Below are positions 27,819-37,090 of a DNA stretch of 64,000 nucleotides, in pieces (position 1 is the stretch's first letter; the number at the start of each line of letters is the position of its first letter). The stretch lies in NCBI GenBank assembly GCA_035460345.1, contig DATHWT010000002.1:577-64576 (forward strand). The letters are read 5' to 3'. The notes under the pieces are model-generated. The model did not search any database and was not told the origin of the DNA. It was given only the letters and a program-made list of their open reading frames with translations. A program made the translations under genes and the position numbers. The stretch is from Methylophilus sp. (GTDB lineage Bacteria; Pseudomonadota; Gammaproteobacteria; Burkholderiales; Methylophilaceae).

Positions 27819-28193
27819 TTAATGCGTAGTAGCTGGTGGAGCTGATTCGTACTCGGTAGGTTGAACCGGATTACCTTTGGTCGTGCCTGCTTTTTCATCC
27901 TTGTTATTCAGCACTTTGTTTTTCTTTTTCTTGAACTGTGGATCAGCTGAACCTTTGTCAGTGCGCTTGTTTTGCTCTTTTACCTGTGGGCTGTCTGCGT
28001 TACCCAGGTTGCTGGCATCATTCGGTACGCCATTCTGGTTAACATCAGTTGGGCCTTTGTCAGTGTAGCGTTGCTGTCTTTCCACTTGCGGGCTATTGGA
28101 AGTCCCCAATTTGGCGCCGTCATCCTTGCTTTCAGCGGCATAAGTGGACATAGATACAGTTGAAACCAATAATGCAATCAGTAGCTTGTTCAT
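27819..28193 (-). CDS. Exported hydrophilic protein with an internal duplication
   Basis: Signal peptide MNKLLIALLVSTVSMSTYA; repeat DGAKLGTSNSPQVERQQRYTDKG / DASNLGNADSPQVKEQNKRTDKG; AAGGA RBS before ATG 28193. Confidence 0.75.
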   Translation of the reverse strand: MNKLLIALLVSTVSMSTYAAESKDDGAKLGTSNSPQVERQQRYTDKGPTDVNQNGVPNDASNLGNADSPQVKEQNKRTDKGSADPQFKKKKNKVLNNKDEKAGTTKGNPVQPTEYESAPPATTH

Positions 28194-28403
28194 TTGAAAT
28201 CCTTTTTTAAAGTGAGCGTAAGTTGACTTAAAGTCAGTTCTTTTTAAGCTTGGGTCATTAAATAATGATTTCATATGCGCAACTATCAGTTCGATGCTCA
28301 TTCCAGTGTAGGAGGTTGCTGACCTAAGCTGATGCAGACTGTCAAAGTTGATTAAAATGTTTGCCTGAAACAGGCCACATTCGGGAGTGCCTGCAAATCA
28401 AAA

Positions 28404-28636
28404 ATGAATCTTCAGTACAAGTTCTGTTGGTCTTCTTGATCCTGGTTAGTTCAGGCTGCAGGAGGCAAGCGTGGTACGAAGGAGTGAAAGAAGGTTCGAG
28501 AAATAATTGCCGCAGCCAGCATCCAAGTGACATAGAGGTATGCCTGGAAAAGCTGAATAAGAAAACCTATGAGGAGTATGAAAAAGAAGTTTCAGGTCAA
28601 AAATGGGTTATTGCCAGTCAAACTGTATTTACTTAA
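28404..28636 (+). pseudogene. Small lipoprotein, apparently frameshifted just after the start codon
   Basis: Frame reads SSVQVLLVFLILVSSGC-RRQAWYEG...C...C...TYEEYEKE (lipobox SSGC), but the nearest ATG (28404) is one base out of frame. Confidence 0.4.
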
Positions 28637-28667
28637 AACAGGGAAAGGCATACAGCCCTTCCCTGTT
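28637..28667. terminator. Intrinsic terminator hairpin
   Basis: AACAGGGAAAGGC-ATACA-GCCCTTCCCTGTT between convergent genes. Confidence 0.6.
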
Positions 28668-28693
28668 GCACCAACCAGGCTTTTATCCCTGAC

Positions 28694-31078
28694 TTAGAAA
28701 TCGGCCGTTACGGACAGCAATACAGTTCTTGGCGCCCCCACTGACAATCCTTCACGCGCAGCGGACAGCCAGTAATTTTTGTCAAACAGGTTCTCGATAG
28801 AGCCTCTTACGGTGACTGGTACTTTCCCGGTAATAAACGCATAGCGTGCACCCAGGTCATAGCGGTTCCATGACGGAATTTTTTGGGTATTACCTGCATC
28901 CAGATATTGCTCACCGGTATGCAGCATGCGAGCAGTCAATGTCAACCCCGGTAGCATAGGTGTATCCCACTCGGCTGCCATATTAAATTGCTGCCTTGGT
29001 ACTGCAGGTGCTGTGTTGCCATCGGTAGTCCCGCCTTCCGTCTTGACCAGTTTCCCCTCAGTCAATGCCAGACCACCCAGCAAACGCACATGCTCAACTA
29101 GTTCCCCTTGTGTCAGCAACTCAATACCGCGATTGCGCTGTTTCCCATTCACTGAAAAAATTCGGGTGGAAGGATCCGTGATGCCACTTGGGCGCTCGAT
29201 TTCAAACACACTGACCGTGGTTGCAAAGCGGCCAAAGTCGTACTTCACACCTGCCTCCTTTTGCTTGGAGACTTCCGGAGGAAAAACCTTCCCCCTGTTA
29301 ATTGGATCATTGGGCGCTATCTGCCCTTGATTCAGCCCCTCGATATAGTTTGCATACAAAGACAATTGTTCTATCGGGCGAATCAGCAAGGCCGCAACGG
29401 GTGTCAATTTAGATTCATCATAATGCTCATCAACTACCCTGTTACCTGTTGCGGAGTCAAAGTTATTACTGATGACCTCCTGATGCCGCACACCCAGTGT
29501 GAGTTGCACTTTTTTATCCAGCATAGACACGGTATCGGCCAGGGCAATACTCCGCAACCTGGTTTCAGCGCCTTTCGGGACATTCCCAACCAGTGAAATA
29601 GCTGGCTTAGCTAAATCTGGCGAAGCGTAGAGATTTGAAAAACTAAATGCGCCAGTCCTGTTTGATAAAAATCCAGATTCCATAAAATAACTGGTTAGAC
29701 TTAACACCGGTTCATGATCCAGGGCGGCGGTGGCGAACTTGCCTCTGACACCGACTTCACCGCTCAAAGTTTTAACATATTGTTGTGTGCGTGTCGGTCT
29801 GGTCCTCATATCACCCTGCTGACTCAATAACTGCCAACTGGTCTGCAAACTGCTGAAATCATATTCAGAGCTGCCTAAAGCACCATATACCATCCAGTTC
29901 GGTGTCAGATCAAATTCCGCACGCGCTGCGCCTGAAATCTGGTTACTGTCCCAGTAAGTCCAACTTGGGAAATAGTTTCTCCTGGCATCCGGCGCTGATC
30001 CAATCTGGACGCCACCTGCTACAAACAGCAGGCCACTGCGGGCATACGTGAGGCGGTTTTGATAATTAAGGTCACCTTCCAGACGAAATCCTTCGCCTTG
30101 GAAATCGACTCCGATGGCAATGGCATCCAGTCTTTCCTTGGAGCCATCCATAGGCGTATCGCCAGAACTTTTAATCGCATTCAAGCGCACACCCAATTGC
30201 TGGTCTGCGCCATAACGTCTTGCCACATCGGCATGCGCTGCAAATTGGCTGTCATCAATAAATGACATGGTCAGGCGATTGAGCGGTTGATACCCGGCAC
30301 GTTTAGGCACCAGGTTAATCGCACCGCCTACCGAGCCGCCGGGCGCGATCCCGTTTAACAGGGCATTAGGTCCTCTCAGGACTTCAACGCGTTCGATGCC
30401 TATCATTGAACTGGAATCACGCGGCGAAATACCGTACAGCCCATTGAACATGGCATCGTAATTAAACAGGGTAAAGCCACGGATATTGAACTCATCACGA
30501 CCTGAACCACGCGAATAGGTATTGCGGATGGAAGGGTCATTCACCAGCACATCGCCAAGGTTCTGCGCCTGCTGGTCTTCGATGAGTTTGGACGTGTATT
30601 GCGTGGCACTGAAAGGCGTATCCAGTAACTCCTTGTTACCCAGCAAACCGACCTTGCCACCACGGGCCACTTGGCCACCTGCATATTCGGCAGGGATATC
30701 TTTAATCGCTTTATCCTTGATTTGCACCTCGGGCAGGGTTTCGGTTTTATTCTCCACAGCCTTGACTACCGAGTATCCAGCAGGCGTCTTTTGAGTGGTC
30801 AATCCGGTGCCTTTTAACAGGATATCCAGCGCCTGCTGGACACTGTAATTACCTTTAAGCGCTGGTGCTTTGAAATTGCTGGCCAGGTCTGAAGGAAAGG
30901 CGATATTTTCCCCGCTTTGCTTGCCTAGTACCAGAATGGACTGGTCAAGTGACTGCGCGGCAATGTCCAGATTGGCTGAAGCGGCGTAGACATTGATGCT
31001 GACGGAGAGTAATGCTGCAATGGATAACTGTCTCAACCTGGCGGCATGGCCGGGCTGGAAATTGGAACGTGCTGTCAT
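28694..31078 (-). CDS. TonB-dependent siderophore receptor with N-terminal signalling (STN) domain
   Basis: LDIAAQSLDQ...ALDILLKGTGL (STN); plug FNIRGF...ERVEVLRGPNALLNG...GGAINLVPKR; ENLFDKNYW; terminal Phe. Confidence 0.95.
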   Translation of the reverse strand: MTARSNFQPGHAARLRQLSIAALLSVSINVYAASANLDIAAQSLDQSILVLGKQSGENIAFPSDLASNFKAPALKGNYSVQQALDILLKGTGLTTQKTPAGYSVVKAVENKTETLPEVQIKDKAIKDIPAEYAGGQVARGGKVGLLGNKELLDTPFSATQYTSKLIEDQQAQNLGDVLVNDPSIRNTYSRGSGRDEFNIRGFTLFNYDAMFNGLYGISPRDSSSMIGIERVEVLRGPNALLNGIAPGGSVGGAINLVPKRAGYQPLNRLTMSFIDDSQFAAHADVARRYGADQQLGVRLNAIKSSGDTPMDGSKERLDAIAIGVDFQGEGFRLEGDLNYQNRLTYARSGLLFVAGGVQIGSAPDARRNYFPSWTYWDSNQISGAARAEFDLTPNWMVYGALGSSEYDFSSLQTSWQLLSQQGDMRTRPTRTQQYVKTLSGEVGVRGKFATAALDHEPVLSLTSYFMESGFLSNRTGAFSFSNLYASPDLAKPAISLVGNVPKGAETRLRSIALADTVSMLDKKVQLTLGVRHQEVISNNFDSATGNRVVDEHYDESKLTPVAALLIRPIEQLSLYANYIEGLNQGQIAPNDPINRGKVFPPEVSKQKEAGVKYDFGRFATTVSVFEIERPSGITDPSTRIFSVNGKQRNRGIELLTQGELVEHVRLLGGLALTEGKLVKTEGGTTDGNTAPAVPRQQFNMAAEWDTPMLPGLTLTARMLHTGEQYLDAGNTQKIPSWNRYDLGARYAFITGKVPVTVRGSIENLFDKNYWLSAAREGLSVGAPRTVLLSVTADF

Positions 31079-31154
31079 GGTTTCCCTTATTAAAATGAGC
31101 GATCACATTTGCCGCTATTCCTTTAAGGCGATTTGTTCGTTTGAAATTAGCACG

Positions 31155-32015
31155 TCATGGATTATTTTTTTGAATGTTTATTTCACCGGCATCTAGCCTG
31201 GTGACTTTGACAGGAAACATAGCGTCCATGCTGTCCAGCAATGACTCGATTTTATTCACATCATAAATGCCTGTGATACGCATATGTTCAACACGCGGGT
31301 CGAGCTGGATGGGCGCTTTCCTGTAACGCTGGATGCTGGCAATCGCCTCTTTCAATGGCGTCTGGTTAAAGATGATCTTCCCGGTCTGCCAGGCAGTGAC
31401 CATTTCCATATTGGCCTGGTATGGCACACCCAGCCCTGAGTCAGAAATAGCCATAGACTGACCTGAAATCAACCTGTTTGCCTTGCCTGCATTGTGAACC
31501 TCCACCTCGCCTTCCAGTACCGACGTGACAGAGCTTTGATCCCATTTAGAGATATTAAATACGGTACCGATATCGAGCACTTCTGAATGATTGACCGCGA
31601 CCGTAAACGGTCTCCAGCCGTGCTTCACCGTAAACGACGCTTCTCCTTTTTCCAGCCTCATTTCCCGGGAGTGCAGCCTGAAGCTAGTCAGCAGGGTAGT
31701 GTTGGCATTTAAATGCACACTACTGCCATCTGATAAATCGAATCGCTTATTTTCAGCATAGTTGGTGGTGTAAGTGTTGCTGGAAATCGTAGGGTTGATT
31801 GCCCACACACCCAGGGCACCAACCATGAACGCAACTGTGTATTGCAAGGTGTTAGCCACTTTTTTGCGGCTGTCCCTGTCCCGGTTCACCTCAGCGAATA
31901 ACTCCTCCTTGGACGGAAATCTGTGCTTACCGGCTTTTATATAAGGCAATAAATCCGCCATGCTCGCATCAGCTTCGGTACTGAAATTGGGATCTTGTGA
32001 TGGGTGAGTATTCAT
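31155..32015 (-). CDS. fecR: FecR-family anti-sigma sensor
   Basis: LSDGSSVHLNANT...LEKGEASF..DIGTVF...VLEGEVEV...AWQTGKIIFNQTPL. Confidence 0.92.
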   Translation of the reverse strand: MNTHPSQDPNFSTEADASMADLLPYIKAGKHRFPSKEELFAEVNRDRDSRKKVANTLQYTVAFMVGALGVWAINPTISSNTYTTNYAENKRFDLSDGSSVHLNANTTLLTSFRLHSREMRLEKGEASFTVKHGWRPFTVAVNHSEVLDIGTVFNISKWDQSSVTSVLEGEVEVHNAGKANRLISGQSMAISDSGLGVPYQANMEMVTAWQTGKIIFNQTPLKEAIASIQRYRKAPIQLDPRVEHMRITGIYDVNKIESLLDSMDAMFPVKVTRLDAGEINIQKNNP

Positions 32016-32066
32016 CTCGGAGGTACTTCGGAAGTGATTGGTCTTTGAGACACAGTGGCATTTATT

Positions 32067-32621
32067 CTAAATGGATAGCTGTTTTCTAGCCAGGTGGATA
32101 TTAGACAGTGCCTTGATAAAATGCCTGGAAACCATATTTGCGGATATCCCCATTTCGGCGGCAATTTCGTGCTGCGGGATTTCATGCAATTGATGCAACA
32201 AAAACACCTGCCTCTGTTTTTTAGGCAAGGCATCAATCATTTGTTTTATTTGCTCAATTTTTTGCGTGAATTCCAGCGCTGCCGCCCCATCATAGAAATG
32301 GATATCGCTTTCAGGTGGCAAACCGGCGATGTAATTTGCACCGGCTTTTTCATGGCGGGCGCGGTCTAGCGCACGGTTCAGGCTGGCTTTTCTCAGATAG
32401 CTCAAAGGGGTCACCACTTCAGTTGCAGGCGGATTATCTACCAATTGCAGATAAACATCATGCACCACATCTTCGGCGAAATGGCGGCTACTGAAATGAC
32501 GATTCACGTGATTAATGAGCTCACCATAATGTAAGACCAATGAGGATAACAGCTTGGTTTTTGTGAGATCAATCTGCAAGAAAGAGGGTTCTTCAAACGG
32601 GTTAATGGTCGAGAGAGTCAT
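32067..32621 (-). CDS. fecI: FecI-like ECF sigma factor
   Basis: AEDVVHDVYLQL...LNRALDRAR...LPKKQRQVFLLHQL...EIAAEMGIS; upstream of fecR and the receptor. Confidence 0.9.
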   Translation of the reverse strand: MTLSTINPFEEPSFLQIDLTKTKLLSSLVLHYGELINHVNRHFSSRHFAEDVVHDVYLQLVDNPPATEVVTPLSYLRKASLNRALDRARHEKAGANYIAGLPPESDIHFYDGAAALEFTQKIEQIKQMIDALPKKQRQVFLLHQLHEIPQHEIAAEMGISANMVSRHFIKALSNIHLARKQLSI

Positions 32622-32628
32622 TATAGTT

Positions 32629-32647
32629 GATAATGATTCTCATTGGC
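32629..32647. promoter_or_regulatory. Fur box
   Basis: GATAATGATTCTCATTGGC, 15/19 match to GATAATGATAATCATTATC, immediately upstream of fecI. Confidence 0.85.
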
Positions 32648-32792
32648 AATTTTCATGGAATCTTGAAAAAGTTTTGCACTTTCACCAACAATTGCCGGAC
32701 AAATAAAAAGACTCAAAGTGTTAACTTAGACTCTTTGAAGTCGCTTGAGTCTATGAATTCAATCAGGTCGCGACGGCCACTGGTGGCAATAT

Positions 32793-33137
32793 TTAGATGC
32801 CAGCATCGGGAAGACTGATATCCCGGTTAGGCTTGTCCACATCAGGCAAATCCGCATCCGGTTCGGGATCAATATTCTCGTCCACATCAACTTCTTCATC
32901 CGGATCTTTCTCGTCGGGATCGATGACATCGTCCGGGTCTACGACGGCAGGATTCGTAATATCAGGATCGATAGGGTCAGGATTTGTTGGATCTGGAAAC
33001 GTCACTTCCGCATCTGATGGATAGTTGGCTGAATCCATACTAACAGGATAGAGTCCATTCGGATTGGTGACATGCAATCGCCTTTCGTCTAAAGCCGTCA
33101 CGTGATTGTTATCATCTTGAGTTAAAGCCATCGCCAT
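32793..33137 (-). CDS. Acidic Asp/Pro-rich disordered protein (114 aa)
   Basis: Repeated DP/DPD units; AAGGAG RBS; motif promoter upstream. Confidence 0.75.
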   Translation of the reverse strand: MAMALTQDDNNHVTALDERRLHVTNPNGLYPVSMDSANYPSDAEVTFPDPTNPDPIDPDITNPAVVDPDDVIDPDEKDPDEEVDVDENIDPEPDADLPDVDKPNRDISLPDAGI

Positions 33138-33212
33138 CTCCTTTGTTTGCAGAATTCACAGCGCGGTGAATTATCTGAAAAGTAATCTGTGAATTTGAAA
33201 GTACCAACAGAA

Positions 33213-33269
33213 AGATTAAGGCAGTTACACGAACCAAATTATCCGTAGATGGCTGATAGCGACGTAAGA
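33213..33269 (-). promoter_or_regulatory. Conserved stress-regulon promoter motif (instance 12)
   Basis: Gene-sense TCTTAC-N7-TCAGC-N7-GGATAA-N20-TAATCT. Confidence 0.7.
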
Positions 33270-33563
33270 ATCCTGCTTTAACCAGCATCAGTCGATGATA
33301 ACCATTGAATTTGTGAGACGAATCTGACAAAAAAATCAGTCTTGCGAGAGTACTACTTTAATAAAGTAAAAATTACATTTATATAAATTATAATGAGTTG
33401 TGTTTCAGCAAATGATTGATGAGCTTTTTTCTGGATTTGAGTGACACTCACATGTAGTGAATAACTTTAAGCCTTCAACACTTTATCAATCCGATGGCGC
33501 CTGAAGGATATAGGCAATGTCGGTAGTTATTTCTCGATCAACCTTTTTCGCAGGGTATTAACG

Positions 33564-34400
33564 ATGAGTATTGATAACCGATCCGCTGATGATTTAATCA
33601 GCCTAAACCCTCAAAATCTGGCGCTGGCACCTAATGAATCTGCCTTGAGTATTGCACTCGAAAACAACCAGTTTGCCTTGTTTTATCAGCCACTGATAGA
33701 TTTACCGACCGGTGAAGTCGTAGGATTCGAAGGTTTGCTACGCTGGAGGCACCCTGAGCAAGGGGTGAAACTGCCGGAAACCTTTATTGCGGCTGCCGAG
33801 GAAACTGGGCAGATCGCACAGCTCACGCACTTGGTGATTGATACCGGGTTTAAATTTATTGAGAAGCTTGATTCTGACTTATTTTTTTCCCTCAATATTT
33901 CTACGCGCTGTATTAGGGACAACCATCTGTTGCATACGCTGGATGACTCATGCCATGCATTCCATATCGATCCGCATAGAATCGTGCTGGAATTCACAGA
34001 AACCGCCACCTCAGAAAATCCTGTCCGCGCAGAAGGCATTCTCGGCCAACTAAGGACTAGTGGTTTTAGACTTGGGATCGATGATTCAGGCACTGGCTAT
34101 TACACACTGTCTGAACTGAGGAAACTGCCTTTTTCAGAGTTGAAGATAGACAAATCGCTGGTGACCACCATGCAGAGTTCGTCCAAATCGCGCAAGTCGA
34201 TTGTGTCTACCATTGAGCTAGCTGACAGCCTGGGCATTGCAACGATCGCAGAAGGGATAGAAAACAATCTGGAAGCGATCGGGTTGCGGGAGTTGGGCTG
34301 CCAATATGGCCAGGGCTTTTATTTTGCCAGGCCCATGGATGAAGCAGATACTTTAAGATGGCTGGAAAACTGGAATAAACATCCCGGCCTTCCTATCTAG
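33564..34400 (+). CDS. Stand-alone EAL-domain protein
   Basis: FYQPLID...FEGLLRW...LEFTET...IDDSGTGY...ELKIDKS...IAEGIE...GQGFYFARP. Confidence 0.9.
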   Translation: MSIDNRSADDLISLNPQNLALAPNESALSIALENNQFALFYQPLIDLPTGEVVGFEGLLRWRHPEQGVKLPETFIAAAEETGQIAQLTHLVIDTGFKFIEKLDSDLFFSLNISTRCIRDNHLLHTLDDSCHAFHIDPHRIVLEFTETATSENPVRAEGILGQLRTSGFRLGIDDSGTGYYTLSELRKLPFSELKIDKSLVTTMQSSSKSRKSIVSTIELADSLGIATIAEGIENNLEAIGLRELGCQYGQGFYFARPMDEADTLRWLENWNKHPGLPI

Positions 34401-34439
34401 GTTTCACCATATCAGGTGTTAGTGCTAAACGGCTGATTG

Positions 34440-34955
34440 TTATTTCTTGCGTGCCAGCATATCCACGTAAGAATCTTCAATCAGTTGTTGAGGCGAAACG
34501 CCTAGATCAGCCATCAGCAGCGTCGCTTCTGCAATCGCGTTTTCAGGGCTTTCATCTTCTTCAAGCACCACTTCCAGCTCTAAGAACTCACCCAGGTTTT
34601 CAACTTTATCCAAGTGAATGCGGGTACGTCCGCACATGATCAGCGTTCTTTGTTTAATCACACGGCCAATAATACCCTGGCCTGTACTCAATACATCCCT
34701 GAGTGTATTCGGTTCACTGGTGGGCGTGACCAGGTAAAACGATTCTTTAGGACCCGACTGGTGAGCGCGACGATAAAAAATCAACTCGCCCCTGGCATGA
34801 TCGAACATTCGCAGCTTCAAGCGACCGTTATTGCATTGGAAAAAAGTATCATCCTGGAAGATTTCTACCGGCGTTGAAGTCGCCTGTGCAAGTGCTTTGG
34901 GAAGTATTGAACTGATGCTATCGATATTTGCTTTTATTTCTATATTGCGTGCCAC
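34440..34955 (-). CDS. CYTH-domain protein (class IV adenylate cyclase-like)
   Basis: NIEIKA (EXEXK-like), QDDTFF..GRLKLR, VIKQRTL...RIHLDKVENLGEFLELEVV, SYVDML. Confidence 0.9.
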   Translation of the reverse strand: MARNIEIKANIDSISSILPKALAQATSTPVEIFQDDTFFQCNNGRLKLRMFDHARGELIFYRRAHQSGPKESFYLVTPTSEPNTLRDVLSTGQGIIGRVIKQRTLIMCGRTRIHLDKVENLGEFLELEVVLEEDESPENAIAEATLLMADLGVSPQQLIEDSYVDMLARKK

Positions 34956-35100
34956 TTGTTGTTACCAGAGTTGTCATTAATAGCGCTAGAGTATAGCAAA
35001 GACCAAGCATATAAATATGGCAAAACGATACATAACGCCTTACTAAATTGTCTATCCATCATACGCATGATCAATGCATGCAAGCCGATTGGCATACACG

Positions 35101-35577
35101 TTAAAAACGGTAATGCCAGTACAAACTCACCACCTCTACACCCGGGTTGACACTATCCAGGTTGGCATTAGACAAATGGCTGACTGCCAGGCCTAAACTG
35201 TTATTTGGATTGATATCTTTGGCGACCTCGAGCTGGGTACGGAATTCCACCGGATAGCCCAGGTCAAGGTCACTGCTGCCCCGGCTGTAATAGCCGACGC
35301 CGATGCCAGGTTTCAAGTGCCAGGTTTCAGCAAACTGCCAGTCATATAACAGGCCGCCGCCCAGCCAGATAGTGCCATCAGTAGTGGCTTGCACGCCCAG
35401 CCACGGCTTAAGGTCATTCAGCCAGATGGAAGTATCGTATTCATAATCCACCCGGAAATCTGTGGCGGAATTGGAACCGTCAATATCATAGCTACCTACC
35501 GCAAAACCCAGTGTGTCTGCATGTGCATTAACAGAGGAAGCCAAAGCCAGCGCAACTACAAGTATCGTTTTTTTCAT
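35101..35577 (-). CDS. PagL-like outer-membrane beta-barrel (lipid A deacylase / acyloxyacyl hydrolase family)
   Basis: Signal peptide; EFRTQLE...SHLSNANL..VNPGVE catalytic H-x-S motif; terminal YRF. Confidence 0.85.
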   Translation of the reverse strand: MKKTILVVALALASSVNAHADTLGFAVGSYDIDGSNSATDFRVDYEYDTSIWLNDLKPWLGVQATTDGTIWLGGGLLYDWQFAETWHLKPGIGVGYYSRGSSDLDLGYPVEFRTQLEVAKDINPNNSLGLAVSHLSNANLDSVNPGVEVVSLYWHYRF

Positions 35578-35581
35578 TGTT

Positions 35582-36001
35582 TTAGCATGCCAGTGAAGTG
35601 AGCTGTTGTTTCACAGCGAAGATACCCTTGATTTTGTGTGTGATTGCCAGATCATCCAGCGACACGATACCCACCAGATGATAGCCGCGGTCTAACACCA
35701 GTAACCTGCGCAACTGGTGCTCAGCCATAAAATTAATTGCATGTTCAGTGGACTGGTCTGAAAACACATATTTGGCTTCAAATGTCATGAAATGCGCGAT
35801 TTTGCACTCTTCGAGAGACAAGCCATTAGCGACTGCCTTCACTGCAATATCCTGCACTGTCAGCATGCCTATCAGCTGGTTATTCACACAGATAGGCAGG
35901 GCATCATAATCATGTTGCTCCATGATCTGCGCTGCAAATTTAAGGGATTCTTGTGGTGAAGCAATCAGAACATTGTTGGTCATTATCTGGTTGATGATCA
36001 T
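35582..36001 (-). CDS. CBS-domain protein, paralogue of 9554-9967
   Basis: MIINQIMT...ALPICVNNQLIGMLTVQDI...QLRRLLVLD...LVGIVSLDDLA. Confidence 0.9.
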   Translation of the reverse strand: MIINQIMTNNVLIASPQESLKFAAQIMEQHDYDALPICVNNQLIGMLTVQDIAVKAVANGLSLEECKIAHFMTFEAKYVFSDQSTEHAINFMAEHQLRRLLVLDRGYHLVGIVSLDDLAITHKIKGIFAVKQQLTSLAC

Positions 36002-36128
36002 ATGCAATCCCTCTAATCATAAGCAATCATTGATGGGCATAAATACGGCGGCTCCTTTGGAGCCACCGTATCGCTGATAACCAATCGGTGAATCCTATAT
36101 AGTTTCCACAGGCGGCATCAACGATTGT

Positions 36129-36195
36129 AGATTAATCAAATTGAATGCCAGGGTTTATCAGAAAAACGCTGCAAATTGTGTAGGATTTGTCGGAC
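36129..36195 (-). promoter_or_regulatory. Conserved stress-regulon promoter motif (instance 13)
   Basis: Gene-sense GTCCGA-N4-TCCTAC-N7-GCAGC-N7-TGATAA-N20-TAATCT. Confidence 0.65.
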
Positions 36196-36228
36196 TTGAA
36201 TCGGATTGATTTAAATGTGGCAGGCATT

Positions 36229-36263
36229 AAAAAAGACCCGGGCGATGAACGTGGGTCTTTTTT
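36229..36263. terminator. Intrinsic terminator
   Basis: AAAAAAGACCC...GGGTCTTTTTT. Confidence 0.65.
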
Positions 36264-36339
36264 AAATCATGTTTCGTGAGGATGTTCAAATCAGGCTACC
36301 TACTGAAAGTGTCGATTCTAATTTCTCAACCGGCAAATA

Positions 36340-36567
36340 TTACTTATGCGGAATCAAACTGTCATCCGGAATCTTGCCTGGCTCAATTTCCGGTTCTATA
36401 GCAGGATAAGTTTCTGGCTCAACCCCTGGAATCTTACCGGGTTCAATCTCTGGAATAGTAGGCGGGCTACCAGAGTTTCCGTCATTACTTCTATTCGGGT
36501 TCAGATCTTCATTGTCTCCGGTCTGCTGGTTTGAGTCTTCAAAAATGCTGTTTGGGTCTGTTGCCAT
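36340..36567 (-). CDS. 75-aa acidic Pro-rich disordered protein
   Basis: PEIEPGKIP repeated twice; AGGAGA RBS; motif promoter upstream. Confidence 0.75.
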   Translation of the reverse strand: MATDPNSIFEDSNQQTGDNEDLNPNRSNDGNSGSPPTIPEIEPGKIPGVEPETYPAIEPEIEPGKIPDDSLIPHK

Positions 36568-36632
36568 TTTTATCTCCTATTCCAAATTCATTTATCACAT
36601 TAAAACGCGACGTATATGCCAATGTGGGATGA

Positions 36633-36689
36633 ATCATAGAGAGAAGCAATCAAAAGTATTATCAGCAAAACGCTGAAAGCGCTGTAAGA
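36633..36689 (-). promoter_or_regulatory. Conserved stress-regulon promoter motif (instance 14)
   Basis: Gene-sense TCTTAC-N7-TCAGC-N7-TGATAA-N20-TATGAT. Confidence 0.7.
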
Positions 36690-37090
36690 ATTTTAACTGA
36701 ATGGGCCACGGCTTTTTGTAATCGAACTTTGAAGAACACCTTCTTACTTCATCATTAAATGCATAACCGGATTAGATAAACCTTCATACGCCAGGCTCCG
36801 CATTATTGGCATATGCGCTCCCTTATCACACCGATCAGACTAAGGTTTGATAAACAATCGCCTATAGAAAAAAAATGACTGAGAAATAATCAGGGACGAT
36901 GGCTGCATGCCCTGCATTTCGGCAGGATGTCGCAATAACCGCGTAATCCGTAACAGGTGGCAAGCATAGCGCTATAAAATGCAGCATAATAACCACACCT
37001 CCTCTATCGGAAATCATCGCCAACTAACATTAACCAGCATCTCAGTGCATCGCACCTACCTTCAAGAATACATGAGAACAGGATTGGATT

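Noticed and set aside
32704-32752. Third copy of the tRNA-associated terminator repeat
   Set aside because: AAAAAGACTCAAAGTGTTAAC resembles 63062-63082, but no tRNA-derived sequence is adjacent; more likely an ordinary terminator of the 114-aa gene.
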